A stretch of DNA of 64,000 nt, from sequence record OK040907. One strand, given 5' to 3'. Numbering within the stretch: position 1 is the stretch's first letter; every line of letters starts with the position of its first letter. The position numbers were made by a program, and so were the translations under genes. Below, in pieces: positions 19,263 to 29,565 of this stretch. Below the pieces are notes generated by a model. The model worked only from the letters and a program-made list of their open reading frames with translations, was not told where the DNA came from and made no database searches. This DNA is from Enterobacteria phage Ac3.

Positions 19263-19562
19263 CTATTTTAAAACTTCTGCGTAATCACATGTTACAAACT
19301 GTTTCTCTAGCTTAACGATTTTACGAAAATACCTTTTATACTGACGAATCTGCCTCTTCGTAGGACGTACAGCAAACTTAATAAATTCCACTCGACCAAA
19401 TGGAGGACTTTCTTCTGCTGGAATATCTAACACCAATTCCCATGTATCCGCAATAAGTGCTTTGAATTGAGTATTTTTCCTGACGTTATACGGAGTAGGT
19501 TTAAATAAAACAATATGCATATTATCCTCGGCAATCCACTTCGCACACTTTCTTGTCATCAA
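19263..19562 (-). CDS. hypothetical protein
   Basis: 99-aa ORF between dmd and sp. Confidence 0.5.
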   Translation of the reverse strand: MMTRKCAKWIAEDNMHIVLFKPTPYNVRKNTQFKALIADTWELVLDIPAEESPPFGRVEFIKFAVRPTKRQIRQYKRYFRKIVKLEKQFVTCDYAEVLK

Positions 19563-19704
19563 TGAAAGCTTTAACTAATGCTTTATTAACTTCAGCATAT
19601 TGAGTAGTAGCCCATTGAACGTCATCTTTCATCATTGTGATTTCTTTAGTAAACATGCTTTCATTCTTAAACCACCCCATAAAAACTACCTTTACCAATT
19701 CCAT
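19522..19704 (-). CDS. dmd: Dmd antitoxin (inhibitor of RnlA/LsoA)
   Basis: 60-aa ORF MELVKVVFMGWFKNESMFTKEITMMKDD...; first gene after promoter 19734-19763. Confidence 0.75.
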   Translation of the reverse strand: MELVKVVFMGWFKNESMFTKEITMMKDDVQWATTQYAEVNKALVKAFIDDKKVCEVDCRG

Positions 19705-19733
19705 AACAATCTCCTCATTTAACCAACAAGACT

Positions 19734-19763
19734 ACTATACCATAGTCTTGTCAGCTTGTAAAC
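19734..19763 (-). promoter_or_regulatory. early promoter (GTTTAC - 18 nt - TATAGT)
   Basis: plus actata 19734-19739, gtaaac 19758-19763. Confidence 0.55.
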
Positions 19764-21190
19764 TAAAATTTTAATTCATTTGCCAAAGCATCTAACTGAG
19801 CTCGAGCTGATTCATTTCTTTGATAGCGATTCTGTTCAGCCTGAATCTGTTGTGAACCTGCTACTTCACTCACTTCGGTTGGAGTAGAATCTTGTTCAAT
19901 TTCTACCCATTTTTGATTTCCTTTTTGAACACCCATCAAAAACTTATTCCACTTATTCTTATCACCATATCGTGATTTGATTTGCTTAATAAGTTGTTGT
20001 TCAGCAGCTGCTAGCTCCTCGGTTTCAATGACCGCAAGCATAAAATCAGCTGTTGCTGGAAGACCAGCAGATTCTGCAATATCGCTCATGTTAACATCGG
20101 AAGAGTCCCAAGCTTGTTTACCGACCTGTGCTGCAGTCCAAAGAACAGTTTCGGTTTCAACAGCCAGAGCACGCAATTCCTCTGCGATAGCTTTAACAGT
20201 TGTGTAACTATTTTCTGAATAAACTCTAATGCGGCAAGATTTACAAATACCTAGATAGTCGACAATAATGATTGTTGGAACAAAATTCTTTTTGAGCTTT
20301 AATTCATTTAAAAGTGATCGAAATGTATTAGCGTCTGCTCCACCAGTAGGATATTGCTTAACGATTAAACGACCAAGGGTAGATTTCTCACGCCATTTTT
20401 CCATTTTTCCTTTATATTCAGCGTAAGAAATATGCCCATCATCAATGTCATCAAGAGAAACATCAAGCATGTTAGCGTCAATACGCTTAGCACAGACTTC
20501 TTCTGCCATTTCCATGGAAATGTAAAGAACATTATGTCCGAGCTGTAAATAATCTGCTGCTAATGAACACAATCCTAATGATTTACCAACGTTAACGCCA
20601 GCCATTAAAACGTTCAGTGTTCCAGTTTCAGCTCCGCCTTTCGTAATTTTGTTTAGAATTCTGAGTTTAAATGGAACTTTACGAGCTTTATTCATATAAG
20701 ATAGCCAGCGTGCTTCGTAGTCATCCATCCAATCATGACCAACGTAGCTATCAAATGAAATTGATAATGCTTGACGCATGATGTCAGGAATAGCACCAAC
20801 ATCCGGCATTTTCTTATTTCGTTTTTCCGGAGGAAGCTCAGCATTAGTTTGAATTTCGATTATTTTAGACGTAGCATTAAACATCGCCCTTTGCTGAACA
20901 TATTTTTCTGTTTCTTTTACTAACCAGCTGTGGTCTTCTGGAGAATCGGCTAGTTTTGAAATAAGTGTTTTTACACCAGAATATTCCGTTTCAGTAAATG
21001 AACTATTTTCTAATGCAACATTTAACGCATTAATAGATGGAACGCTATGATACTCATTAACATGAGATTTAATTAATTTGAACGTATTTTTAGCTGGACC
21101 ACTTTCAAAATATTCTGAATCCATATATGGCCAAACTTTTGAAAAATAAGCTTGATCAAATATAAGATGAGAAAGAATAATTTCTACCAC
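19763..21190 (-). CDS. 41: replicative DNA helicase (DnaB-like)
   Basis: 475-aa ORF, Walker A GVNVGKS; matches T4 gp41 length. Confidence 0.9.
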   Translation of the reverse strand: MVEIILSHLIFDQAYFSKVWPYMDSEYFESGPAKNTFKLIKSHVNEYHSVPSINALNVALENSSFTETEYSGVKTLISKLADSPEDHSWLVKETEKYVQQRAMFNATSKIIEIQTNAELPPEKRNKKMPDVGAIPDIMRQALSISFDSYVGHDWMDDYEARWLSYMNKARKVPFKLRILNKITKGGAETGTLNVLMAGVNVGKSLGLCSLAADYLQLGHNVLYISMEMAEEVCAKRIDANMLDVSLDDIDDGHISYAEYKGKMEKWREKSTLGRLIVKQYPTGGADANTFRSLLNELKLKKNFVPTIIIVDYLGICKSCRIRVYSENSYTTVKAIAEELRALAVETETVLWTAAQVGKQAWDSSDVNMSDIAESAGLPATADFMLAVIETEELAAAEQQLIKQIKSRYGDKNKWNKFLMGVQKGNQKWVEIEQDSTPTEVSEVAGSQQIQAEQNRYQRNESARAQLDALANELKF

Positions 21191-21199
21191 ACTTACTCC

Positions 21200-21562
21200 T
21201 TAAAAGAATTTAAACTTTTTCTTTGACCTTTTATTAAATGCATCTTGTAGTTGCATTGTAATACATTTTTCTACATGAGGAGCTAACTCAGCTTTTCTTT
21301 CTTGGTCAAGAACAGCAAAGTCCATTACGACTTTTCCATCAACCCAATCTAATTTTGTCACATACACAATGTGTGTAGAACCATCTTCTAGTTTAATGAC
21401 AATCTCCTGGATAACATTTTCCATGGCAGATTTAATTATCTTAAGAGATTCATTAAAAAGACGTTCTTTTCTTTCTTCTTCCCCCTCCGAAGAGGGGGAT
21501 TCATCGATAATTTCTAGATCTAAATCTAAATCATCTTTATTCATTAAATTCTTCCATATCAC
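21200..21562 (-). CDS. hypothetical protein in the gene 40 position
   Basis: 120-aa ORF between 41 and uvsX. Confidence 0.5.
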   Translation of the reverse strand: MIWKNLMNKDDLDLDLEIIDESPSSEGEEERKERLFNESLKIIKSAMENVIQEIVIKLEDGSTHIVYVTKLDWVDGKVVMDFAVLDQERKAELAPHVEKCITMQLQDAFNKRSKKKFKFF

Positions 21563-22718
21563 TTAACTGCTCGAGGTCAGTTTCTAAATCAGCAGCTGAT
21601 TTACTTTTACTTTCTGGAGATTTAAATTTTTCAACCTTTGAGTTAATCAATTCATCAACTTCAGCTTCAACAATTTCATTACTATCAATAGCACCTAACT
21701 GATAAGCACGTTTAATAGCATCTCGGAATGGTTGATGCTTAAATAAAGGACCCCAGAATGTGGTGCAGTTGGTATCTTTTGCACGCCAAGATTTTTCTTC
21801 GCGAATCATCTCACCGGTTTCTTCATCAAGAAATTCACGAGCATACCAACCATTTTTAGGTTTTACCACGAATCCTAATTCTAGAGCCATATCTAACAAT
21901 CCAGAATAAGGATCGATACCGCCGTCAAATTTAACATCAATAAAGAATTTACTTTTTTCTTTAACGGTACGAGATTTTTCTACATTTAGAACAAATTGAT
22001 ACCCTTGAAGATCAGAACCATCTTTAATCTGACGTTTACCGATAATGAATACGGTATCAGCCGAATACATTACGCCTGTACCACCTGTCATCACGGTTTT
22101 ACTAAACATTTCAATTGTTTCAATTGTATGGTTAACCGCAACACATGGAATATTTTTAATGCTAAAGTAAGGAGTAACAATACGGAATAATGACTTCAGT
22201 GATTTAGCACGAGTCATATCTGCCACAGATTTTTCATTCAAGGCATCTTCCGTTTCTTTCTTAGAAGCCATATTACCAATTGAGTCGATGAATACAATAA
22301 CCTTTTCACCACGCTCAATAGCTTCAAGCTGGTTCACCATATCAATTTTCAGCTGTTCAACTGACTGAATCGGCGTATGAATTACTCGTTCCGGGTCAAC
22401 TCCCATGGATCGCAAATAAGCTGGAGTAATACCAAATTCACTATCATAGAATAGACAAACCGCGTCAGGATATTTGTTCAAATATGCCGCAACCATAGTC
22501 AAAGACATATTTGATTTAAAGTGTTTAGAAGGCCCTGCGAAAATAGTTAAACCAGACTGCATGCCGCCATCAATCGCACCAGAAATAGCAATATTAAGCA
22601 TTGGAATTTTTGTACGAATTACATCCTTTTCATTAAAGAATTTAGATGTAGTCAGTTCAGCAGTCATTTTAGAAGTGGAAGCTTTAATCAAACGGGATTT
22701 TAAATCTGCAATAGACAT
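21537..22718 (-). CDS. uvsX: UvsX recombinase (RecA-like)
   Basis: 393-aa ORF MSIADLKSRLIKASTSK...; RecA fold motifs. Confidence 0.9.
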   Translation of the reverse strand: MSIADLKSRLIKASTSKMTAELTTSKFFNEKDVIRTKIPMLNIAISGAIDGGMQSGLTIFAGPSKHFKSNMSLTMVAAYLNKYPDAVCLFYDSEFGITPAYLRSMGVDPERVIHTPIQSVEQLKIDMVNQLEAIERGEKVIVFIDSIGNMASKKETEDALNEKSVADMTRAKSLKSLFRIVTPYFSIKNIPCVAVNHTIETIEMFSKTVMTGGTGVMYSADTVFIIGKRQIKDGSDLQGYQFVLNVEKSRTVKEKSKFFIDVKFDGGIDPYSGLLDMALELGFVVKPKNGWYAREFLDEETGEMIREEKSWRAKDTNCTTFWGPLFKHQPFRDAIKRAYQLGAIDSNEIVEAEVDELINSKVEKFKSPESKSKSAADLETDLEQLSDMEEFNE

Positions 22719-22795
22719 TCATTTTTTCCATAGGCATCATTATATTTTCCTCACTGGTTAAAGATAGAGTAATTATAACACAATAAATTTAGGCA

Positions 22796-23644
22796 TTAAT
22801 CAACTGCTATTGGATGAATAGCATTAAACTTATGAAATGCTTCTGATTTTTCTTTACGTGAAACGCACATGCGAAGAACCTTTAATGGTTCGTCTTCTTC
22901 ACCCAACGATTTTCGTTTTTCAATATTAGAAGTTTTCCAACGAGCTTGCTCTGGAAACTCTCTATTAATCTGCTCAAGCGCTCTATTATGTTTAGAATTA
23001 CTACGAATTGAACTGCACCCGCCAGGAGCTTGTGCTTTTCCAGATACAACTAGATATTTGAACAAGGCCAAATGCGGATAACCTTGATTAATTAAATTGA
23101 GAAATGCATACATATCTTCGCATAAATCAATTTTTCCATACCCAATTTGTTCTGTCGTAAGTTTTCCGAGGTCATACCATGTATTCGTGAATCCATATGA
23201 ATTTTCACGATAATTACCCCAAGATGAAGTAATTTTAAAAATAGGTAGACGAGCATGGCCATGATAATACCCGCAATCCATGGCATCCTCAACATATTGA
23301 ATCAATTCATAGAACTGTTCACGAGTCAATTGATTGACTTTATCTACGCAACGACGATCATCTCTTTTTCGCATTGAACTCATACGAATAGTAGTATCAT
23401 CGTCAATCATCCAGATTCGTTGACCTGCATACATATCGGTAATTGCTTTACGAGTACCGGCAATTCCGTTTACATCATCAGGAATAGTTATAATTTTAGC
23501 TCTAGACCCATAAGCGTCATGATAAGCTTTTTCTTCATGTTCACGCACTACAATATGCGGTTCATAATCAGTCGGAAACATATCAAGGGCAGAAACTGCC
23601 CTGACACGCTGATAACTTGGAATTACGAATTGAATCATTTCCAC
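22796..23644 (-). CDS. glycosyltransferase (DxD motif) in the beta-gt position; possibly a T2/T6-type beta-alpha glucosyltransferase
   Basis: 282-aa ORF with IWMIDDDTTI; T4 beta-gt is about 351 aa and unrelated in sequence. Confidence 0.55.
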   Translation of the reverse strand: MEMIQFVIPSYQRVRAVSALDMFPTDYEPHIVVREHEEKAYHDAYGSRAKIITIPDDVNGIAGTRKAITDMYAGQRIWMIDDDTTIRMSSMRKRDDRRCVDKVNQLTREQFYELIQYVEDAMDCGYYHGHARLPIFKITSSWGNYRENSYGFTNTWYDLGKLTTEQIGYGKIDLCEDMYAFLNLINQGYPHLALFKYLVVSGKAQAPGGCSSIRSNSKHNRALEQINREFPEQARWKTSNIEKRKSLGEEDEPLKVLRMCVSRKEKSEAFHKFNAIHPIAVD

Positions 23645-24375
23645 TCACCTTTATAGTCTTTTTTCACAATATGAGTTTCGCCAGTATTCCACCAATGATC
23701 AACCAAGTAAAAATGACGAGAATATACATGAAGACTTCCGACATTCCATATAATAGAACCTGCTTTATACTGACGAGATGAATCGCCGGCATTCAAATCA
23801 GATACTAATTTATCTAATACGTATTTTTGCCATGCATAATCATTACGGAATCCGAAGACCACGTCATTTGAGCGCATGCTTACTACTGCATTGACTTTCT
23901 TATCACGAATCAGGTACTGTACTGTATTAGTACACATGAAATCTGACATACCATCTTTATTGTAGTCAAATTGCATGGATGGACGAGTATAAATCATGAT
24001 ACCACGTCGAGAATCAGGATTTTGACCAAGTTCAGCTAAACACATATCATACTGGGCATAGTTATCTTCTGACCAAATAGCCCAACCATAATTCGAGTTA
24101 ATTTCGCCTTTAGAAGATGCTACCTGCTGCCAAATCTTTGGTGTTTCACCTGGAATATCTTTAACAAACAAGCTCTTAGATTTATACCATTCAAGTTCAC
24201 GTTGAATGTATTCATCATTAAGAGCGCCAAAAATAAACGGTTCATCTGCTACAAATGATGCGCCAATAATTTCAATAGTTTTAACACCAGTTTTATCAAC
24301 TACGAAATCTTTTTCTTTTAATGCAAGCCCCAAATGAAGACGGATTTCTTCAACTGTCATAGAGTCACTAATCAT
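23635..24375 (-). CDS. 42: dCMP hydroxymethylase
   Basis: 246-aa ORF, thymidylate-synthase-like; matches T4 gp42 length. Confidence 0.9.
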   Translation of the reverse strand: MISDSMTVEEIRLHLGLALKEKDFVVDKTGVKTIEIIGASFVADEPFIFGALNDEYIQRELEWYKSKSLFVKDIPGETPKIWQQVASSKGEINSNYGWAIWSEDNYAQYDMCLAELGQNPDSRRGIMIYTRPSMQFDYNKDGMSDFMCTNTVQYLIRDKKVNAVVSMRSNDVVFGFRNDYAWQKYVLDKLVSDLNAGDSSRQYKAGSIIWNVGSLHVYSRHFYLVDHWWNTGETHIVKKDYKGEWK

Positions 24376-24528
24376 TTAAACCTCAATTGATACATTCATA
24401 TTTAACTTGTAACAGTAATAAACCCCAACCTAAAATAATAGTTGGAATCATAAGAGGAACCGTTACACTATAGTATATACTTATTATAATCATCAAGATT
24501 AAAAGCAACACTGTTATAATTTTGCTTT

Positions 24529-24780
24529 TCATTCCTTCTCTCTGATGATAATTACCTGATTTGGTTGTGCAGACTTTTTAGTTTCACCCGCAATTGACCA
24601 AATAAATGTAATAAACCAACCAATAATTGACCAGTTAAACAGTAAAGATGTGAAAAAGATTCCTACTGTCGATTTTGACCCACGCATCAAGGCGATAAAC
24701 CATGGAAGCATGTATATAATAATAGCCAACACACCTGAAACTAAAACCATAAAAATTGAACCTGCTACTAAAGTTTCCAT
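24529..24780 (-). CDS. imm: immunity (superinfection exclusion) membrane protein
   Basis: 83-aa ORF with two hydrophobic helices; position between 42 and 43. Confidence 0.7.
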   Translation of the reverse strand: METLVAGSIFMVLVSGVLAIIIYMLPWFIALMRGSKSTVGIFFTSLLFNWSIIGWFITFIWSIAGETKKSAQPNQVIIIREKE

Positions 24781-24787
24781 GTTTTCC

Positions 24788-25168
24788 TCACTTAGTCAAA
24801 TTTTTTACGCATGAATTATAAGAATTCACTACATACTCCATCGGAGCATTTTTACCAGTACGCCATTGGTAATTATTAGCCCAATTAGCCCAAAGCTCGG
24901 CGCAGTAATTTTCAATTTTTTCTTCGCGTGTAATTACATCCGAATTACGATATGCTTGAGCAGATTCATCTGGACGAATAGCTTCGTCAAAATTCGCCTG
25001 CATTTGTTCTACTGTTTGCTTTGGAGCTTCTTTATAACACTTGACATTAGGATTATAAAATTTGCTTGAACAGTTTACAATTTTTCCTACATCAGACTGA
25101 TTTACTACCGGTCCTTGAGCTACACAACCAGTAAGACCTAATGCAATAACCAAAATAGCGATTTTCAT
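24788..25168 (-). CDS. lipoprotein
   Basis: 126-aa ORF, MKIAILVIALGLTGC lipobox. Confidence 0.55.
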   Translation of the reverse strand: MKIAILVIALGLTGCVAQGPVVNQSDVGKIVNCSSKFYNPNVKCYKEAPKQTVEQMQANFDEAIRPDESAQAYRNSDVITREEKIENYCAELWANWANNYQWRTGKNAPMEYVVNSYNSCVKNLTK

Positions 25169-25180
25169 AATAATTTCCTC

Positions 25181-25432
25181 TTAAAACTTAACAAATAACT
25201 TTAAAGCATCTTCAATTTTAATTCCTTTTCTTACACCCATAACAGAAATTGGCTGTGACTGAAATTTTCCTTTACCATTATAAATTTCTAATCCAGTCAC
25301 CATTCCATTTTGTTCTATAATACCGTAAGTGTTGCCTTCATTTTCAAATTCTTTAACTTTAAAGAGTTTATTAGCTTTTTCTGCGTTAATAACTTTTAAA
25401 TTTTGAATAAAATTAGTTTGAATATTTTTCAT
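25181..25432 (-). CDS. small hypothetical protein
   Basis: 83-aa ORF with GGAGG RBS and conserved leader downstream of promoter 25461-25490. Confidence 0.5.
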   Translation of the reverse strand: MKNIQTNFIQNLKVINAEKANKLFKVKEFENEGNTYGIIEQNGMVTGLEIYNGKGKFQSQPISVMGVRKGIKIEDALKLFVKF

Positions 25433-25460
25433 TTTCGGTTCCTCCGTAGTTGATAGTTGT

Positions 25461-25490
25461 ATAGTACCATGGAAGAACAGTCTCGTAAAC
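25461..25490 (-). promoter_or_regulatory. early promoter (GTTTAC - 18 nt - TACTAT) with conserved leader
   Basis: plus atagta 25461-25466, gtaaac 25485-25490; leader gttgatagttgtatagta repeated at three other loci. Confidence 0.55.
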
Positions 25491-25577
25491 AGTTTTGTGA
25501 AAATTTTTTAGGGAATTCTAAAGGTCCAGAATCATCTGTTTTTCATAAGTATAGATTTATATTACTTGTATGAAAAG

Positions 25578-25593
25578 GGGACCCGGAGGTCCC
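25578..25593 (-). terminator. hairpin 3' of gene 43
   Basis: plus gggacc-cgga-ggtccc. Confidence 0.45.
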
Positions 25594-25606
25594 TAGATTT
25601 ATTCTA

Positions 25607-28303
25607 TCAGCCAAACAGGAAGTCTAACGAAGCTTTTTCTTCATAGTCCATACCAGCCGATTCACACATGCCTGCAAGCGGTTTAACAAACGATTTTTGG
25701 AACAAAGTTGAGTAGTCAATCCAAGACAATACGTCAGAACGAATTTCTTTTGGAAGTTCTGTGCCCGACGGCCAAGCAATGCACTTGTCACCAAATGGAT
25801 TTCCTTCACGCAATGGAAGAACCATTACTTTATTTCCATCCAAAATTGGAGCTACACCCAGACCACTAACAGCTCGACGATAAGTTAGCACACCACGAAT
25901 ATGGAACGGACATTTAAATCCTGGCCAACCTTTATCATCATATTTCGCTATATCGTTCGCAGTTTTTACTTCAGCAATAACTTTATAGTCAAGTTGACGA
26001 TATTCTTTCTCAAAGTTCTTATAATATTCTTGAACAGACTCTTCGCCTTCTTGAAGAATACGACGAATACTTTCTTCAAGAGCTTCTTGAACTGCTTTAG
26101 GCGTTGAACTTTGCTGAGTTTCCATACCCATGATTTTTAGATGCGGTTCAGCAAAACGCTTATCTTCCATATCATATACGTTCAGAGCATAACGCTTTTT
26201 CGCTTTCCAAAATCCACCAACGCCCTTTGAACCAAGTGGAGGGCAAGAAATAGCTTCACGGTCCATATGCATCAGATGCTCGCGGTTATTCATATAATCA
26301 CATAACTCACGATATGCAACATCAATCATAGGTTCCATCTTTTTCTTACCGAACTGATTCATGAATTCAACTAAATCGTTCTGCTCTTTGAATCGGTCAA
26401 GACCAACTTTTTCAATAACTTTATCTACACAAACATATACCGAATCAGTATCACCTGCTGCAATGAAATCTTCGCCATTAGTTCCGCACACTTTATTCAG
26501 ATACTCATTAATTTTACGAGCAATCCACTGAATACCAACTTGGCCGAAAATTGTGATAGCAGTAGCATTTCGCAAATCATAGTAACGGAAATGAATATTA
26601 CCAAGAGCACCGTAAAGGCTGTTAATAAGAATTTTACGGTTCAGCTGATTTGTATTAGCAAGTGTAGCCGCTTTTTCACATTCTTCAATCAAACTATTGA
26701 GAACAGATTCAGTATAATTCGATAGTTCATTTAAGAAATCATCACTGAACTTAACATATCGTTCAACTTCAGGTTTAGTTGAACAAGACCCTGCGCCTTT
26801 CATAATAATCTTTTTAATAGCTTCGGCATTCATTTCTTCAGCGAACATTTTCTTTTTCCAATCTTTACGCTGGAAAAATACTTTAGCGATTTCCTTTGGA
26901 ATGATACCTTCTTGATGCTTATCGTACATCCATCCATTCGGAGAACAAGAATATTCATCACTCGGTTTAGGAGCTGTTCCTGCGATATATTCATGAATTG
27001 GATGAACTTTAAACTGACCACGAATAGTCTCAGGACTAATGTTAACCTGACGAATAATGCTCGGATACAGAGACGTCAAGTCAAAACTCATAATATATCG
27101 ACGAGCAATTGGTTTAGGTTCAAATACAAATGCACCCGGAAAACTCTGTTTAACATGCGAACCTTGTTGAGGAATAACCTTGTGTTCACCTTTCAATGAG
27201 TTAAAAATAATAGCATCCCAGGTTTTAATAGGACTCATTACACCAGAAAAAGGCATTTTAGCGTAATAAGACATACTTAAAACTAGATCGATAAACCCGC
27301 GAATTTTATCAATTGCTTGAACTGATTCTACGTCAATGATGTTATAACTAATGTATCGTTGATGATTAGTCTCACGAAGTTTATTAATAGGACCGTCGTA
27401 TGGTAATTTACCTTTTTTGGTTTCATGCTGAGCAACTGATTCCAAAGAGAATGACGGCAAATTAGTAAATGCGAATTTCTTATACAAATCTAAATAATCA
27501 AGAATAGATACGCCATCAATAGAATAAATTTCTTTGCTACCGTACATATTTTGGATAAGTTTAGATTTTACTCGACCGATTGGAGAGAAGCGTTTCATAC
27601 TACGTTCACCGAGAACCATTTTAACGCGATTCATGATATACGGAACGTCAAATCCCTCAATATTCCAACCAGTAAAAATAGCAGGTCGTTTCTGTTCCCA
27701 GAGATTGATATATTCCATGAGCATATCACGCTCATTATCGAATGGCATATAAATTACTCGGTCAAGAATTTCTTGAGGAACTTCATCACCACCTTCACAG
27801 TCAAGCTTAGCAGCTAACTTTGCATCCCATTTTGATACTGAACCATACATTGAATTCAAAAGGTCGAAAACATAAAAACGATCATCAATTGAATCGTAAT
27901 GAGTGATAGCATCAATTTCATATTCAGCTTTCATTGGGTCAGGAAATTTATCACCAGTAACCTCAATGTCACAGTTAGCTACACGAACAAATTTTCGGTC
28001 ATAAACAATTTCTGAACCGTATGTATCACTGATATAAGCGAGTTTAAAATCGTTCATACCGAGAGCTTCGAGACCGATGTCTTCCATTCGTTTCATCCAA
28101 TCTCGAGCATCTTTCATTGATGGAAATTTTTGAGGAGCGCAGTTTTTACCATAGATGTCTTTGTATTTTGACTCTTCCTTACAATGCCTAAACATAGTCG
28201 GAAGATATTCTACTTCACGAGTACGTTCCTTTCCGTTTTCATCAATATAACGTTCAACAATGTTATTTCCAACTGTTTCGATAGAGATATAAAATTCTTT
28301 CAT
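25607..28303 (-). CDS. 43: DNA polymerase (family B)
   Basis: 898-aa ORF with exonuclease and polymerase motifs (YGDTDS); matches T4 gp43 length. Confidence 0.95.
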   Translation of the reverse strand: MKEFYISIETVGNNIVERYIDENGKERTREVEYLPTMFRHCKEESKYKDIYGKNCAPQKFPSMKDARDWMKRMEDIGLEALGMNDFKLAYISDTYGSEIVYDRKFVRVANCDIEVTGDKFPDPMKAEYEIDAITHYDSIDDRFYVFDLLNSMYGSVSKWDAKLAAKLDCEGGDEVPQEILDRVIYMPFDNERDMLMEYINLWEQKRPAIFTGWNIEGFDVPYIMNRVKMVLGERSMKRFSPIGRVKSKLIQNMYGSKEIYSIDGVSILDYLDLYKKFAFTNLPSFSLESVAQHETKKGKLPYDGPINKLRETNHQRYISYNIIDVESVQAIDKIRGFIDLVLSMSYYAKMPFSGVMSPIKTWDAIIFNSLKGEHKVIPQQGSHVKQSFPGAFVFEPKPIARRYIMSFDLTSLYPSIIRQVNISPETIRGQFKVHPIHEYIAGTAPKPSDEYSCSPNGWMYDKHQEGIIPKEIAKVFFQRKDWKKKMFAEEMNAEAIKKIIMKGAGSCSTKPEVERYVKFSDDFLNELSNYTESVLNSLIEECEKAATLANTNQLNRKILINSLYGALGNIHFRYYDLRNATAITIFGQVGIQWIARKINEYLNKVCGTNGEDFIAAGDTDSVYVCVDKVIEKVGLDRFKEQNDLVEFMNQFGKKKMEPMIDVAYRELCDYMNNREHLMHMDREAISCPPLGSKGVGGFWKAKKRYALNVYDMEDKRFAEPHLKIMGMETQQSSTPKAVQEALEESIRRILQEGEESVQEYYKNFEKEYRQLDYKVIAEVKTANDIAKYDDKGWPGFKCPFHIRGVLTYRRAVSGLGVAPILDGNKVMVLPLREGNPFGDKCIAWPSGTELPKEIRSDVLSWIDYSTLFQKSFVKPLAGMCESAGMDYEEKASLDFLFG

Positions 28304-28361
28304 AGATATTCCTTAGTTTATAGCCCGAGTTATTAGGCTCTTGATATATTATACTCCAAAT

Positions 28362-28379
28362 AAGGGGCCGAAGCCCCTT
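28362..28379 (-). terminator. hairpin with UUCG tetraloop upstream of gene 43
   Basis: plus aaggggc-cgaa-gcccctt. Confidence 0.45.
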
Positions 28380-28383
28380 TGCT

Positions 28384-28620
28384 TTAAATTTCTATTGTAC
28401 AACGCGATATAACGGACTTGCCATCTTTATTTGTGGTTTTGATAATCGCATGAAATGCGCGTTGGCGTGGGTAAACTAATCGTTGGAATTCTTTTTGGAA
28501 TTCTATTTGTTTATCTTCCGGGAGGTCAAAAACCAGTTGGGTAGAAGACAGACCATATGTTTGTTTTAGATTTTCGAATATTAGAAAAGCTTCGGTAAAC
28601 TGAATCTCTGATTGTGTCAT
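28384..28620 (-). CDS. small hypothetical protein
   Basis: 78 aa from Met MTQSEIQF with AAGG RBS, 10 nt after regA stop. Confidence 0.4.
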   Translation of the reverse strand: MTQSEIQFTEAFLIFENLKQTYGLSSTQLVFDLPEDKQIEFQKEFQRLVYPRQRAFHAIIKTTNKDGKSVISRCTIEI

Positions 28621-28630
28621 ATAATTTACC

Positions 28631-28999
28631 TTAATTACCAATCGTATATTTAGGAACGAGTTTCCATTCATGTTTTTGTTTAAAAGAAATAACTCGGAAG
28701 TTATTAGTTAAATCTTTCATAAAAGTTCTTTGACCAGGAACGATTTCAATCAGTCCCCAATCTTCTAACAGCCATGCAATCGAATCACGACGAACTTCAT
28801 CTTCTTCTGTCATTTCAACTTGACGGCCATCCATACGAAGCATTTCTTTAAAATGAACGATATAGTATAGTCCTTTTTTCTGAAGAATATGACAGGACTG
28901 ATACAGAACTTTATCTTTATTATTAGCAATTCCCATACGAGTCAAAGTTTCTTTTACTTTCAGAAAATCTTCAGGTTTTTTAAGAGTAATTTCAATCAT
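28631..28999 (-). CDS. regA: translational repressor RegA
   Basis: 122-aa ORF MIEITLKKPEDFLKVKETLTRMGIANN...; downstream of gene 62. Confidence 0.85.
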   Translation of the reverse strand: MIEITLKKPEDFLKVKETLTRMGIANNKDKVLYQSCHILQKKGLYYIVHFKEMLRMDGRQVEMTEEDEVRRDSIAWLLEDWGLIEIVPGQRTFMKDLTNNFRVISFKQKHEWKLVPKYTIGN

Positions 29000-29000
29000 T

Positions 29001-29564
29001 TTACCATTCCAATGCTAGTTTTTTGAGTTGTTTCTGTTCTTTTACGTTCTTAGTCACTTCTTTCAAAAAATCATCCGTGACTAATCCTTTAAGTTCTTTT
29101 AATACTAAAGGTAGTTTTCCATTTTTAGTAAGAATTGATTTATAGTTAATTGCATCATTTGTGTTAACTTGATACCGCTTAGCAAGTAACTTAATAATCA
29201 ATACTTCGGTGGAATCTTCAACTAGTTTTGCCCATTTACCATATCTTTTACCACGAGGAACTGCAGCCATCAGATAATTAAAATGGGCTTCATCGCTTAA
29301 ACCTGATCCAATTAAATTCATAGCATATACAGCTGGCATGCACTCCGGAAATTGTGATAATGCATTTTCAACCATGAATTTTGAATAATCTTTTTGAGCA
29401 ATAGAGCATTTAGTTTTATTATTAATAGCTCCAATTATTTCAAAAAACTCATTTTCAGCTTTTTCTTTAAAAGAATCAGCAGCGGATTGGACAGCTGTCC
29501 AATCTTTTGAATACCAAGCAACTTGATGCTCGTTTAATTGAATATCATCTTCAAATAAGCTCAT
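29001..29564 (-). CDS. 62: clamp loader small subunit
   Basis: 187 aa from Met MSLFEDDIQ; start 1 nt after gene 44 stop. Confidence 0.8.
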   Translation of the reverse strand: MSLFEDDIQLNEHQVAWYSKDWTAVQSAADSFKEKAENEFFEIIGAINNKTKCSIAQKDYSKFMVENALSQFPECMPAVYAMNLIGSGLSDEAHFNYLMAAVPRGKRYGKWAKLVEDSTEVLIIKLLAKRYQVNTNDAINYKSILTKNGKLPLVLKELKGLVTDDFLKEVTKNVKEQKQLKKLALEW

Positions 29565-29565
29565 A

